This document shows positions 6,828 to 16,134 of a stretch of DNA of 48,257 bases, piece by piece. The DNA comes from Fimbriiglobus sp. (lineage in GTDB: Bacteria > Planctomycetota > Planctomycetia > Gemmatales > Gemmataceae): positions 1 through 48,257 of the forward strand of contig JANNVG010000850.1 in the NCBI GenBank assembly GCA_031414395.1, read 5' to 3'. Position 1 is the stretch's first letter; every line of letters begins with the position of its first letter. The notes under the pieces are model-generated. The model saw nothing but the letters and a program-made list of their open reading frames with translations, did not search any database and had not been told where the DNA came from. The translations under genes and the position numbers were made by a program.

Positions 6828-8548
6828 AGTATCAGTCGGCCATGCCAAGACGTTCCCAGCATCATCCGCTTCCCACGGTGAATGATACTCGAATCTTCGG
6901 TCCGACCGAGGTTCGCGATGTCGGCCGGGCGCGGCGAGTCCTTTGTCGCCCACCGGGCAGGATCGAGCAGATCTTTCAATAGACCCTCCAATTCGGTGCG
7001 CTCCGCCCCCGGATCCATACCAGCGATCTCTCGACGAAGCGCGGCCGGGACAGTGCCGACATCGGGGCGTCCGGACGTGTAGTCCCAATTGAACCCTTTC
7101 CGGGCCCACGTGTAGCCGCCCACGTCGATGTTGGCGTGAACGTCGATGTGGTGCACGTCGTTCGCCCGGTACCATTCCTCCAGCCGGCCCAGGTACTCCG
7201 TGGCAAACCCGTCGCCCTGGTGGGCTTTGTCGATCGACAGGTAGGCGTTATACACCGACAGTTCGCCGTCCGGGGACCGGCGAATCTCCCGTTGGACTTG
7301 CCCCACGACCGAATTGCCGTTCATGATCCGACCGGAGACCCCGATCGTGTTGCCCTGGTGACGGGCCGATTCCAACTGGACATGAAGGTCGTCGACTGTC
7401 TGTTCGAACACCGGTCGGAGAGCGTCGGTGAGATCGGCACCGCGTTCGTTGTTGTTGAACAGGTCTGTGATCCTCGGTAGCTCTCCTGGTGTGAGCTGCG
7501 TCGGCGCAGAGATCGGCGGTGGTGGCGAGAGAGGCGGAGCGGTGGGCGGCGGCGACTGGGAGCGACTTGCTCGCGGTGAGCGCGGCTGTCGTGTCGGTTG
7601 AGCGCGTGCGCCGGTGGGTGCTGGACGTGGTGTTCGTACCTGGCGTGGCGGGCGTTGCCGGGGTCGACCGGACCGTGCTATCCGTTCGGCCCGGTCCTTC
7701 TCGGCCTGAGCCTGATCGGCCCGTTGCGCCTCGGTCGTCGACGGCTCAGCATTAGCGGCCTGGGTCTTGGTCGTGACGTCCGGACGGCCAATAAACGAAC
7801 GGCGACACCTCGGATGGCTGAGCGAATGCTGATTCGCGTCGTCGACGCTCCGAACCGTCCCGTTCGCCTTGTCCCCGTCGTCGTGGCTGGACCATCCGCA
7901 GTCCGCCCCGTCCAAAACCTCGACGAAACTGACACCGGCGCCGTGCAACTGGTTGAGGGTCCCCGCATTGAAACACTGCGCCGTTTTGGTGCGCAACAAC
8001 ATGTCTGCGTAATCGGCCAACGTCCGATAGGACCCGTCAGCGTAGCGAATCACTCCGATCGGGCCGCCCAACAGATCCACCGCCTCCCCCGCCCCGGCCC
8101 GGGTGAACTCGCGGGCTGCTTGCTGGGCGGTACGCCCCTCGATCAGGGACAGGGCCGTCTGACGGCGCGCCGCCGCCCGCACCCAACTCTTCGCATCGGC
8201 ACGAACATTCGCTGTCGCGACCAACACATCATCGAACGTGTCCGCCGCCAGTCGTTGCACAGCGTCAACATGGATCTGCGACCAGGTGAACACGTTCACG
8301 CCCGCTTGGCCGGCCCCCAACTCGTAGATGGGTGGCAGGTTCCCTTGCAGCCATCCCGCAGTGTCCGCCTCGAGGGCGGCGAGTTCGGCGTCAACGGAGC
8401 GGCGCAGCTCGATGAGCCGGCGGCGACGGGATGTGGTCGCGGGGTCGGTGGCGGCGGCGAGGGTGCGTTGTTCGATCTCGGCTTGGGCGGAGCGGAACAG
8501 GGCGACGATCCGGTCGGCGGCGGCCTGGACCTCGGCGGGTTGCGGCAT
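6824..8548 (-). CDS. MuF-like minor capsid protein fused to a Pro/Arg-rich linker and a C-terminal GNAT-like domain
   Basis: aa 1-255 carry MuF/SPP1 gp7 hallmarks (ADYADMLLRTKTAQ...SHPRCRRSF). aa ~262-350 are a P/R/Q-rich linker. aa ~351-574 contain Q-G-D-G-F-A (Q/RxxGxG/A) followed by HHIDVHAN...GGYTWARKGF. Confidence 0.7.
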   Translation of the reverse strand: MPQPAEVQAAADRIVALFRSAQAEIEQRTLAAATDPATTSRRRRLIELRRSVDAELAALEADTAGWLQGNLPPIYELGAGQAGVNVFTWSQIHVDAVQRLAADTFDDVLVATANVRADAKSWVRAAARRQTALSLIEGRTAQQAAREFTRAGAGEAVDLLGGPIGVIRYADGSYRTLADYADMLLRTKTAQCFNAGTLNQLHGAGVSFVEVLDGADCGWSSHDDGDKANGTVRSVDDANQHSLSHPRCRRSFIGRPDVTTKTQAANAEPSTTEAQRADQAQAEKDRAERIARSGRPRQRPPRQVRTPRPAPTGARAQPTRQPRSPRASRSQSPPPTAPPLSPPPPISAPTQLTPGELPRITDLFNNNERGADLTDALRPVFEQTVDDLHVQLESARHQGNTIGVSGRIMNGNSVVGQVQREIRRSPDGELSVYNAYLSIDKAHQGDGFATEYLGRLEEWYRANDVHHIDVHANIDVGGYTWARKGFNWDYTSGRPDVGTVPAALRREIAGMDPGAERTELEGLLKDLLDPARWATKDSPRPADIANLGRTEDSSIIHRGKRMMLGTSWHGRLIL

Positions 8549-8554
8549 GGCCGG

Positions 8555-8878
8555 TCAGCGGAGTCGGGGGGTGCGGACCAGCGTCGCGACGGACACCGTG
8601 TTCTCGCCGACGACCCGTTCAAGCTGAGCGATGTTGTCGGCGAGGCGTTTCAGGTTCTCGACCCTGGATTCGGAGTAGTCACCGGAGATGTTGAGCACCG
8701 CGGGGGCGGTGAGCATGTCGGCGCGTTGCTGGCGAAGAATCTCCAGGGCGGCGGCGTGGGCGGTACCAAGCCGGCCGATACGCGAGTCAAGGTCGTCGTT
8801 GTCGTACGGGTCGTAGTCGTCGCCTACCGCGCTACCGACCCATGAGCGGATGATGGCCAGGTCATCGGTGGAAGGCAT
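8555..8878 (-). CDS. Head-to-tail adaptor-like protein
   Basis: Track ORF of 107 aa with an acidic N-half (DDYDPYDNDDLD), typical of gp6-like connectors. Called by position. Confidence 0.5.
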   Translation of the reverse strand: MPSTDDLAIIRSWVGSAVGDDYDPYDNDDLDSRIGRLGTAHAAALEILRQQRADMLTAPAVLNISGDYSESRVENLKRLADNIAQLERVVGENTVSVATLVRTPRLR

Positions 8879-8911
8879 GGGCTGGTCCTTGGGGTGACTG
8901 GTTGGGGGGGG

Positions 8912-9385
8912 TTAGAGGGTGTCGAGTAGTGCGGTGAGTTTGTCGACGAGGGTGGAACGTGCGTTGTCGCCTCGGGCGGTTTCGGTTTCGTGGGCGGCGT
9001 ACGCCCGGACCGACCAGTATTCGGCGGGTTCGCTGTCGGGTTCGGGGTTGCCGTGGACCCAGGCGAGGATGTCGGCGATGGAGCCGTGGGGCACGTCGGG
9101 ACTCGCGGCGGTGTCGACGGGCGGCCGGTCGTTCTCGGGGGCAACTTCCGCCAGCTCGGTGGCGACGGCGGCTGTCAGCTCGGGTTCGCCGTGCCATGAC
9201 CCCGTCACCTTGATCGGGCCCGGCCGCGGCGGTTCCTGACGTTCCCGAACGGCCGCCGGAACGGCGACGAACCCGACGAACAACGACCGGTCGACCCGGT
9301 CGGCGACCTCATCCGGTACGGGCCCGTAGTCCGGGCCGAACCACACCCCGCCCACCGCAACATTCCGGGTGATCTCTCGCATCAT
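8912..9385 (-). CDS. Hypothetical protein downstream of the major capsid gene
   Basis: Track ORF 8912..10048 trimmed to ATG 9385 (MMREITRNVAVGG...) with a GAGGGG RBS. The longer N-terminus is an out-of-frame read-through of the capsid gene. Confidence 0.6.
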   Translation of the reverse strand: MMREITRNVAVGGVWFGPDYGPVPDEVADRVDRSLFVGFVAVPAAVRERQEPPRPGPIKVTGSWHGEPELTAAVATELAEVAPENDRPPVDTAASPDVPHGSIADILAWVHGNPEPDSEPAEYWSVRAYAAHETETARGDNARSTLVDKLTALLDTL

Positions 9386-9422
9386 GTTCCCCTCGTTGGG
9401 CGTGGACGTGACGGAAACCGAA

Positions 9423-9446
9423 CGGGGCCGGAACCCGAAGGCCCCG
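9423..9446 (-). terminator. Stem-loop after the major capsid gene (possible attenuator/terminator)
   Basis: CGGGGCC-N10-GGCCCCG, followed on the minus strand by UUCGGUUUCC. It lies 26 nt after the capsid stop. Confidence 0.35.
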
Positions 9447-9471
9447 ACCCCGATAGGCGCATCGCCAGGAA

Positions 9472-10494
9472 TCAGAGGACGACGTCGGCGACAAGAAGCC
9501 GGTTCGGGTTCACAATGATCGGCATCGCGACCGCGCCAACCTTCGTCCACCGCGACACCGGATCGTCGGTCTTCATCACCACGGCCACCAAACCGGGGGC
9601 CGCTTCGAGGCTGAGCTTCTGCGCCTCGACGAGCTCGAGCGCTTCGGCGGTCATGCCCCACGCGGTGTAACCAAGATCCGCCGGGTTTTCCGGGAGGAAA
9701 CAGATCTTGTCGACGGGGATCGCCCGGGTGGTGACCCCGTCTACGTCGAACCGGCCGTTGTACACCTCGATCGGGGGGAGCCCGTTGACCTCGAGCAGCG
9801 AGTTGAGCTGGGTCTGGTTGATCTGCGACGGGATGATCCCGTTGGCGTTCGCCAACGCCCGCAGACCGGCGTTCTGCAGCATGTGACGCAGCACGGTCTT
9901 CGAGACCACGATCCGGCCGCAGGGGCCGCCGTCGTCCTCGTACACGTCGAGCCACGTTTGTAGGTCGCCGACGACGTCGGCGGAGGCGTGCGTCGCCCAC
10001 GACACCGCTGTCGACACGATGTGGGTGCCGGGCACCGCGAAATCGCACTCGATCGTAAGGCCGTTCTCGGCGGTGAGCGTGAACTTGCCGTCAGTGAGCA
10101 CGTCACCTCGGGCGAGCTCCACCCGGATCTGAACGGCGCGGGCGTTGAGGTCCACGTCGTCGTAGATCGCCCGGGTCAACGCGTCGGTCGACGCACCCTG
10201 CAAACGCTGCAGCTGCAGGCGTTCGAATTCGCCGATCATCGTTTTCTGGCCGAGGGGCGGCAAACCGACCCGGTCCCGGGAGAACGAGTCGCGTTTCCCG
10301 ACCGGGGTTTCGGCGTCCCACGCCCGGAACTTCGCCGCCCGGTTCGTGCGCGATACCCGATCGATGATCGCTTCGATGTCGTCGATCTCGCGGTCCGGGA
10401 GATACCGGTTGAGGCCGATCTCGGCGGGCACGGGGAGTTCCCGGACGTAGCCGGTGAGTTCGGCCGGGTCGACCAGGTCGTACAGGATCGTCAT
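9472..10494 (-). CDS. Major capsid protein (lambda gpE-like family)
   Basis: 340-aa track ORF. Its layout resembles the phage major capsid protein E family, and it is preceded by a gpD-like decoration gene and a scaffold gene. Confidence 0.8.
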   Translation of the reverse strand: MTILYDLVDPAELTGYVRELPVPAEIGLNRYLPDREIDDIEAIIDRVSRTNRAAKFRAWDAETPVGKRDSFSRDRVGLPPLGQKTMIGEFERLQLQRLQGASTDALTRAIYDDVDLNARAVQIRVELARGDVLTDGKFTLTAENGLTIECDFAVPGTHIVSTAVSWATHASADVVGDLQTWLDVYEDDGGPCGRIVVSKTVLRHMLQNAGLRALANANGIIPSQINQTQLNSLLEVNGLPPIEVYNGRFDVDGVTTRAIPVDKICFLPENPADLGYTAWGMTAEALELVEAQKLSLEAAPGLVAVVMKTDDPVSRWTKVGAVAMPIIVNPNRLLVADVVL

Positions 10495-10559
10495 TCGATT
10501 CCCTTTCGTTGATCAGAACTGTGGTGGTCGAGCCGAGGGCGCGGGCCGGCTGGGTGGGG

Positions 10560-11282
10560 TTAGATGTAGCGGAGGCGTCCGGCGACGTCGGCTTTGCCGG
10601 CGGCGTCGAGGCCGTGGTTCGTGGGCAGGTTCGCTTCGCGGATCTTGCCGTGGGTGAGGAGAGCGCCGCCCATGTCGTGGGTGGTGGCGGCGGTGTCGAC
10701 TTTGACGTCGGTGTACAGGTGCCCGACCATCGTTTCGAGCCCCCCTGAAGCGGACCCGCCGCCGGCGGTCGTGGTGGCCACGACCGCGGTGCCGGCCCCG
10801 CCGGTGAGGGACCCGGCGCCGGTGGTGACGGCGGGGACGTTCAGGCCGAGGTACCGGCCGGCGAACGTGAGCGTGTACGTGTACGCGTTCGCTGAGCCGG
10901 AACGGACGATGGAGAGGTCACCCGAGTTGATCGTCGAGAGCAACTCCAGGGCGGCGAGGACGGTCGCGGCGGTGACGTTCGCGGCGATCGCGGCGGTGGT
11001 CTCACCGTCGAAGCTGACCGTGAACGTGCCACCGGTCGCGTCGACGACGATGGTCTGCACCTCGGACGGCGACGCCGCGTACGGCCCGTAGAGGCCGGAG
11101 GCGGTGATCAGGCCGAGGCAGGTGCCGCCCTTGATGTACGGGGTCAGTACCGAGTAGTGGGTGTCCAAAGTGAACGCGGACACGTCGAGGGTGATCGTCT
11201 CGGTTGAGTCGGTGCCGTGCGCCGACCCCAACCAGGACTTGTCCTCGGCGGTGAAGGACTCGGTGTGGAGCGTGATGTCCAT
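10560..11282 (-). CDS. Head decoration protein (gpD-like) with inserted domain
   Basis: Track ORF. The N-terminus is MDITLHTESF...SWLGSAHG and the C-terminus is ...ALLTHGKIREANLP. There is a central TFTVSFDGETTAAIAANVTAATVLAALE insert. Confidence 0.55.
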   Translation of the reverse strand: MDITLHTESFTAEDKSWLGSAHGTDSTETITLDVSAFTLDTHYSVLTPYIKGGTCLGLITASGLYGPYAASPSEVQTIVVDATGGTFTVSFDGETTAAIAANVTAATVLAALELLSTINSGDLSIVRSGSANAYTYTLTFAGRYLGLNVPAVTTGAGSLTGGAGTAVVATTTAGGGSASGGLETMVGHLYTDVKVDTAATTHDMGGALLTHGKIREANLPTNHGLDAAGKADVAGRLRYI

Positions 11283-11294
11283 GTGATGCGTCTC

Positions 11295-11993
11295 CTACGC
11301 TGCTGTGCGGGGTTGGGGGTGGCGTTTCTGGGCGAGGGCTTTGCCTCGTTCGAGTGACGTGGTGATGGTTTGGCCGCCGGCCGGGGGTTTCTTGGCGGGG
11401 CCTCCGCCCGGCGGCGGGGGTTTCGGCGGTTCGCCGTCACTGGTGGCGGTGAACAGGGCGGGCATGTCCTCTTTGAGGGCTTCGATTTCGGCGTCGATCG
11501 TGGTGTCATCGGCGTCGAAGGGAAGGTCGAGCATTCGGGCGGCGCGGGCGGACGCCCCCGCGGCGGCGAGTTTCCGTTCGACTTTCGCGGCGAGCCGGTC
11601 GGCGGCCGCTTCCGTTCTGGCCCGATCGGCGTCAGCCTGCGCGGTTTTCGCGGCTTCGAGGGCCCGGTCGGCTTCGGTTTTCTTGCCGTCCTCTTCGGCT
11701 TTACGGGCGGCGATGATCGTCTTCGCCTCTTCGACAGTCACACCGAGCTGTTCGGCGATGGCTCTCTCCGCCGCGGTTTTCGCTTCGGCGGCCCGCCGAC
11801 CGGCATGCCGGTCAAGGTCGGCCTGCGTGAATGTCTTCGGCAGGTTGCCTTCGTCGAGGTCGGGTGGGGGATCGGAGGGCTCGCTGCCACCGGACACGAC
11901 CGGCAGGTACCGGTCCCGGGCAAGGTCATGGATGAAGTCGCGACCGTTACGGGTCACGATCCGGATCTCGTCATCTCGAATGTCGGTGAGCAT
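11295..11993 (-). CDS. Scaffolding protein
   Basis: Ala/Glu/Arg-rich coiled-coil sequence between the portal and capsid genes. Trimmed to ATG 11993, which has GGAGG 8 nt upstream (the track start, GTG 12008, overlaps that RBS). Confidence 0.7.
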   Translation of the reverse strand: MLTDIRDDEIRIVTRNGRDFIHDLARDRYLPVVSGGSEPSDPPPDLDEGNLPKTFTQADLDRHAGRRAAEAKTAAERAIAEQLGVTVEEAKTIIAARKAEEDGKKTEADRALEAAKTAQADADRARTEAAADRLAAKVERKLAAAGASARAARMLDLPFDADDTTIDAEIEALKEDMPALFTATSDGEPPKPPPPGGGPAKKPPAGGQTITTSLERGKALAQKRHPQPRTAA

Positions 11994-12120
11994 CAACTGG
12001 GCCTCCACAAGGGGCTGTCTCCCCGCTTGACGGCTACGGGTCGCCGCCCCCGGCGGGCGTGCCGGGGTTGTGCGCTCACATTGCGGGGCGCACGATTCGG
12101 GGTGGGGGATGCAGTCCCTG

Positions 12121-14004
12121 TCACGGGGCGGGGGGTGGGGGAAGGTTCAGGGTCGGGGGAACCACCGGGGTGACTGTCGCGTCCGGGAGGTCCAACCCCA
12201 GTCGGGTCGCGGCGAGCTGCTCGGACCCGGTGGCTTCCGCTACCTGTAACGCGGAACTGGTGTCTTCGGTGTCGATCCTTGCGAGCTCATCAACCAGATC
12301 ACCGATGTCAACACCGGCGTCAACGAGTAGCCGCAACGCGGTGCGACGTGACACCCCGTGCGCTTGGAGTAACGCGACGGCCATCTTCGTCGCCTCTGAC
12401 AGATCGGACGGTAGGTACGACCCGAACACAACCCGCGCGGTCGGGTTCGGACCGGGGTCGAGGACCCCGCCGGCCTGACCGAACCGTTGCACCATTTTCA
12501 ACAGCAGCCGGTACTTTGGGTCGCGGGTCAACCGGAGCAGTTCGACGAGTTGACGGAACGGGCCGAACGTCAACGCGATCGCGATCCCGGACGGCGCCTC
12601 GGACACTTTCACCCGGCCGAGGACCTCGGCGGGGATCCGCGAGTTGACCGACAGCCGGTCTTGCAACGCGAGGTTCACGTGGCCGAGCTGCTCCAAGCCG
12701 GCGGAGAGGTCCAGCACGTCCATGCGGCCGTTCTCACCGAGGCCCCACACAACCCCGGGGGTGACTTCTTGGCGGGCGGGGGCGTTCCCGCCGGAGAGGG
12801 CGATGACGGGGCCGGCGGCGAGCGCGGAGGCGGCTTGGACGTCGGTGTCGGAGGCTTGGAGGTCGTCGAGGATCTGGGCGACGACGTCGAGGATGGACCG
12901 GCCGAAGTGCTCGCGGGTCGCGGGGGTGTTCGGAATGTGGACGACCGGGACGAAGTCGATGTGCATGTCGAGGTGGCGGGCGACCCGACCGTCCGTCATG
13001 CGGGCGTACACGGCGTGGTCGGGGTTGAGGTTGTCGAGGCCGGCGGCGGTCGTGAGGCCGGTGAGGGGCCAGGTGGCGTCGGTGAACAGGCAGGTCACCG
13101 TGGATGGCTGGTCGGGGGCCCACGGGTACGGGCGAACAACACCCAGTTCCGGGTCGTACCGGTCTCCGGTTTGCAACCCGCCAGACACGGCCCCGTCGGG
13201 GCCCTCAACGAAAACGGTGTCGCCCGTGTCGTCGACGGCGAACGGGATCGATCCGAGCTGGTAGGTGACGCGGCGCACGAACCGCTCCACGACACCGGAA
13301 GCGCTGGTCGTATCGAACTCCCAGGCGAGATGCACCTTCGTCGGGTAGCCGCGTTCGGTGTCGTCAAGGACCGGGAAGTAGAAGCCGGGGTCGTACACGT
13401 CGACCGTGGGGCGGCGGTCGGAGTCGGACCAGTCGAGGACGTAGACGCCGTCGCCGAGCCCGGCGATGTCGTTTTCGGCTTCAACGATTTTGCCGGTGAG
13501 GAACTCGGTTTCGGCCCACGCTCGCAGCCATTCCTGGCGGACCTGGAGGGACGGTTGGGTGTTCCACGCCTGCTCCCATTCGTCGACGGTCCGGGCGGCC
13601 TGGTCGGCCCATCGGGCGGTACGGGCGGTGTGGATCCGTCGGGCGATCGGGTCGGCGGTTTCGGGGAGCGGGCCGGGTTCGGGTGGAAGTTCGGGGGTGT
13701 CGGGGAGGTCGTCGTCGGCCCCGTCAACAACGATTTGGACGGTGTCGCCGAGTACCCCGGCGGTCGCCCGGGCGACGAGAAGTTCGGCGTCGCCGTACTC
13801 GCGTCGTTCGGTGGCGTCGGTTTGGTCGGGGAGGAGGTGCCGGGACACGTTGGCCCGGTACGCGGCGAGGACTTTGTAGGCGTCGAGGCGGCGGCGTTGC
13901 GCGGGAGGAACCCAGGTGGGGGCGAGGGATGAGTCGCGGGGCCGCAGCGGGAGTTTGTGGGTGAGGGGGGCGTATTGGTCGAGAGTCAAGTCCTGGGTGG
14001 CCAC
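12121..14004 (-). CDS. Portal protein
   Basis: 627-aa track ORF immediately downstream of TerL. Confidence 0.8.
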   Translation of the reverse strand: MATQDLTLDQYAPLTHKLPLRPRDSSLAPTWVPPAQRRRLDAYKVLAAYRANVSRHLLPDQTDATERREYGDAELLVARATAGVLGDTVQIVVDGADDDLPDTPELPPEPGPLPETADPIARRIHTARTARWADQAARTVDEWEQAWNTQPSLQVRQEWLRAWAETEFLTGKIVEAENDIAGLGDGVYVLDWSDSDRRPTVDVYDPGFYFPVLDDTERGYPTKVHLAWEFDTTSASGVVERFVRRVTYQLGSIPFAVDDTGDTVFVEGPDGAVSGGLQTGDRYDPELGVVRPYPWAPDQPSTVTCLFTDATWPLTGLTTAAGLDNLNPDHAVYARMTDGRVARHLDMHIDFVPVVHIPNTPATREHFGRSILDVVAQILDDLQASDTDVQAASALAAGPVIALSGGNAPARQEVTPGVVWGLGENGRMDVLDLSAGLEQLGHVNLALQDRLSVNSRIPAEVLGRVKVSEAPSGIAIALTFGPFRQLVELLRLTRDPKYRLLLKMVQRFGQAGGVLDPGPNPTARVVFGSYLPSDLSEATKMAVALLQAHGVSRRTALRLLVDAGVDIGDLVDELARIDTEDTSSALQVAEATGSEQLAATRLGLDLPDATVTPVVPPTLNLPPPPAP

Positions 14005-14050
14005 GATCTGACCATGGGCGGATCGGGCGCGTGGGGTCGGGATGCAGGGT

Positions 14051-15535
14051 CTACCGGCGGCCTTTTAGCCGGCGGTCCTGGTACCGCTCCGCCGCGGCAA
14101 CCGTCGACCCTCCAGCAACCAGCGCCTCGAACGCGGTCGCCGCGGCGTCGACCTGGTCGTCGTGGCGGGCCTTCGGGAACCCGGCGTGCTCGACAACGAA
14201 CCGGCCGTTCCACTCCCCCTCCACGAGCACCACCTGGGCGCCTTGCTGCTGCGCGGCGTACCCGGTCGCGCGCAACTCCTTCGACCCGGACACCGGGATG
14301 GTGTGCACGTCGAACCCGGCGAGCATGCGCACGAACCCGGCGGCCTGCGCCTTGCCGGCCTGAGCCGGGTCCTGAGGCAGCTCGATGCGGGTCCCGTCAG
14401 GATCAGTTTCCGCGCACGTTCTCACCTGGTTTTGCACATCGAGGTCCGACCACTGGCCCCGCACCACGTCGGCGATGAACGTCCGGCCGTCGTGGTGCCG
14501 GCCCATCAGCACCCCGACCGTCCAGTCGCCGCCGTTTTCCGTCGCGGCAAGGTCCCAGCCTCGCACCCACCGGCACGAGTCCCGCAGATCGATCGTGAAG
14601 TGTGGGACGAACCGCCATTTGTCCTCTGGGAACTTGCCGCCCTTGGGGGTTTGCGGGGTTTGCTGGGCTTGGGCCAACCAGACCGATTCGCCCAACGTGA
14701 GGGACATGCCTTCGCGCATCCGTTCGAGTTCTTCGATCGGGTAACGCTCCGGCCACAGCGCTTCGCCGGGTGTCCGGCCGAGCGGGTCGTTGTCGGTGTC
14801 GGCGATCGCGGGGAGGCGCACCTCGCGCCACTCGTCGGGCTGTTTGGTGAGAAGGAACCCGGACAGGTCGTCTTCGTGCCAGCGCGCGCAGATCACGATG
14901 ACGGCGCCGCCGGGTTCGATGCGGGACACCATCGTGCCGGTCCACCATTCCTGGACTCGTTGCCGTTCGAGCGGCGACATGGCCTGCGCGAAGTTGCGGA
15001 ACGGGTCGTCGACAACGATGAGGTCGCCGCCTCTACCGATGGGTGAGCCGCCGACACCGATGGCGATCATGCCGCCGGTGTTGTGGGGTTTGGCGAGGTC
15101 CCAGCGGTTCGCCGCGTTTGATGCGCGTGACACGGTGACCCCGAACACGTCGGGGCCGTACTCGGTGAGGATGTCGCGGGCGGCCCGTCCGTGGGCGGCG
15201 GCGAGGTCGGCTTCGCCGGTGGCGAGGATGACGCGGCGGTGGTAGCGGGCGATGAACCAGGCGACAAGCCATCGGGCGATGAACTCGGACTTGCCGTGTC
15301 TCACGGAAACGCTGATGATGAGCCGGCCGGCGGTGTTGATGGTGTGGAGGACTTCCCGTTCGATGAGTTCGAGGTGGGGGGCGGTTCGCCATTGGTTGCG
15401 GGACCGGGCGACGGCGAACGCGATGGGTGACGCTTGTTCTTCGCCGGTGGGTTCGGGTGGTGGTGGCGGGTCGACGAGGTCGGCGGCGATAGCCCACGGG
15501 TCGACGATGGTGGTCATGTCGGCCGGTGGGCCCAC
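14051..15535 (-). CDS. Terminase large subunit
   Basis: 494-aa track ORF with an ATPase region (...RVILATGEADLAA...), a Walker B-like LIVVDDP and a C-terminal nuclease-like half. Confidence 0.85.
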   Translation of the reverse strand: MGPPADMTTIVDPWAIAADLVDPPPPPEPTGEEQASPIAFAVARSRNQWRTAPHLELIEREVLHTINTAGRLIISVSVRHGKSEFIARWLVAWFIARYHRRVILATGEADLAAAHGRAARDILTEYGPDVFGVTVSRASNAANRWDLAKPHNTGGMIAIGVGGSPIGRGGDLIVVDDPFRNFAQAMSPLERQRVQEWWTGTMVSRIEPGGAVIVICARWHEDDLSGFLLTKQPDEWREVRLPAIADTDNDPLGRTPGEALWPERYPIEELERMREGMSLTLGESVWLAQAQQTPQTPKGGKFPEDKWRFVPHFTIDLRDSCRWVRGWDLAATENGGDWTVGVLMGRHHDGRTFIADVVRGQWSDLDVQNQVRTCAETDPDGTRIELPQDPAQAGKAQAAGFVRMLAGFDVHTIPVSGSKELRATGYAAQQQGAQVVLVEGEWNGRFVVEHAGFPKARHDDQVDAAATAFEALVAGGSTVAAAERYQDRRLKGRR

Positions 15536-16134
15536 CAGTCAGCGAACGCCTTCCCGTGTGTTTCGCACGCGGGTAGCGGCGCCCCTTCGATTTCCGGTTG
15601 GGTGCAGCCGGGGTGGGCGCAGCGTGCAGTTCGGGGTTGGGGGGTGGGGGTGCCGTCCTCGGTGGCCCTGATTTGTTTCACGGCGTTTCGGATGTCGTTC
15701 CTGGTCCATTGGTGGGCGGCGGCGGCGGTGAGGACCGCTTCTTGCGCGTCGATGTCGAGGGGGGCGACTGCGCGGTGATGCGACCATGACAAATTTTCGC
15801 GCCGGCGCGAAGTTTCGATCTCGCCGCTCACCCACACGGCGTTCGCCAGGGTGTTCGGCGCGAGTCCGGTGAGTTCCACCGCGGCCAAATACTTTTTGCC
15901 CCACTCCGGTCGGTCTTGGCGGCGTTCCGCGTAGCGGATCCAGTCGCCGACCCACCACAGTGATGCGCGGGCCGCGAGGAGGAGCGGTGGGCCGATAGCG
16001 GACCATTCGTCGAGGGTGAGGTCGGGGGCGAACTCGGCGCCGGTGGGGGTGAGGGTCACTCCTTCGGGGAGGTCCATGGGCAGGTCCCCTGGTTCGGGGC
16101 GGACAGTGTTGGGGTGGGTTTCGAGTGTGGTCAT
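15514..16134 (-). CDS. DNA-binding protein upstream of TerL (possible small terminase)
   Basis: Track ORF with a WWVGDWIRYAE...LSWSHHRAVA motif and a C-terminal Cys/His cluster. Overlaps the TerL start by 22 nt. Function is inferred from position only. Confidence 0.4.
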   Translation of the reverse strand: MTTLETHPNTVRPEPGDLPMDLPEGVTLTPTGAEFAPDLTLDEWSAIGPPLLLAARASLWWVGDWIRYAERRQDRPEWGKKYLAAVELTGLAPNTLANAVWVSGEIETSRRRENLSWSHHRAVAPLDIDAQEAVLTAAAAHQWTRNDIRNAVKQIRATEDGTPTPQPRTARCAHPGCTQPEIEGAPLPACETHGKAFADWWAHRPT

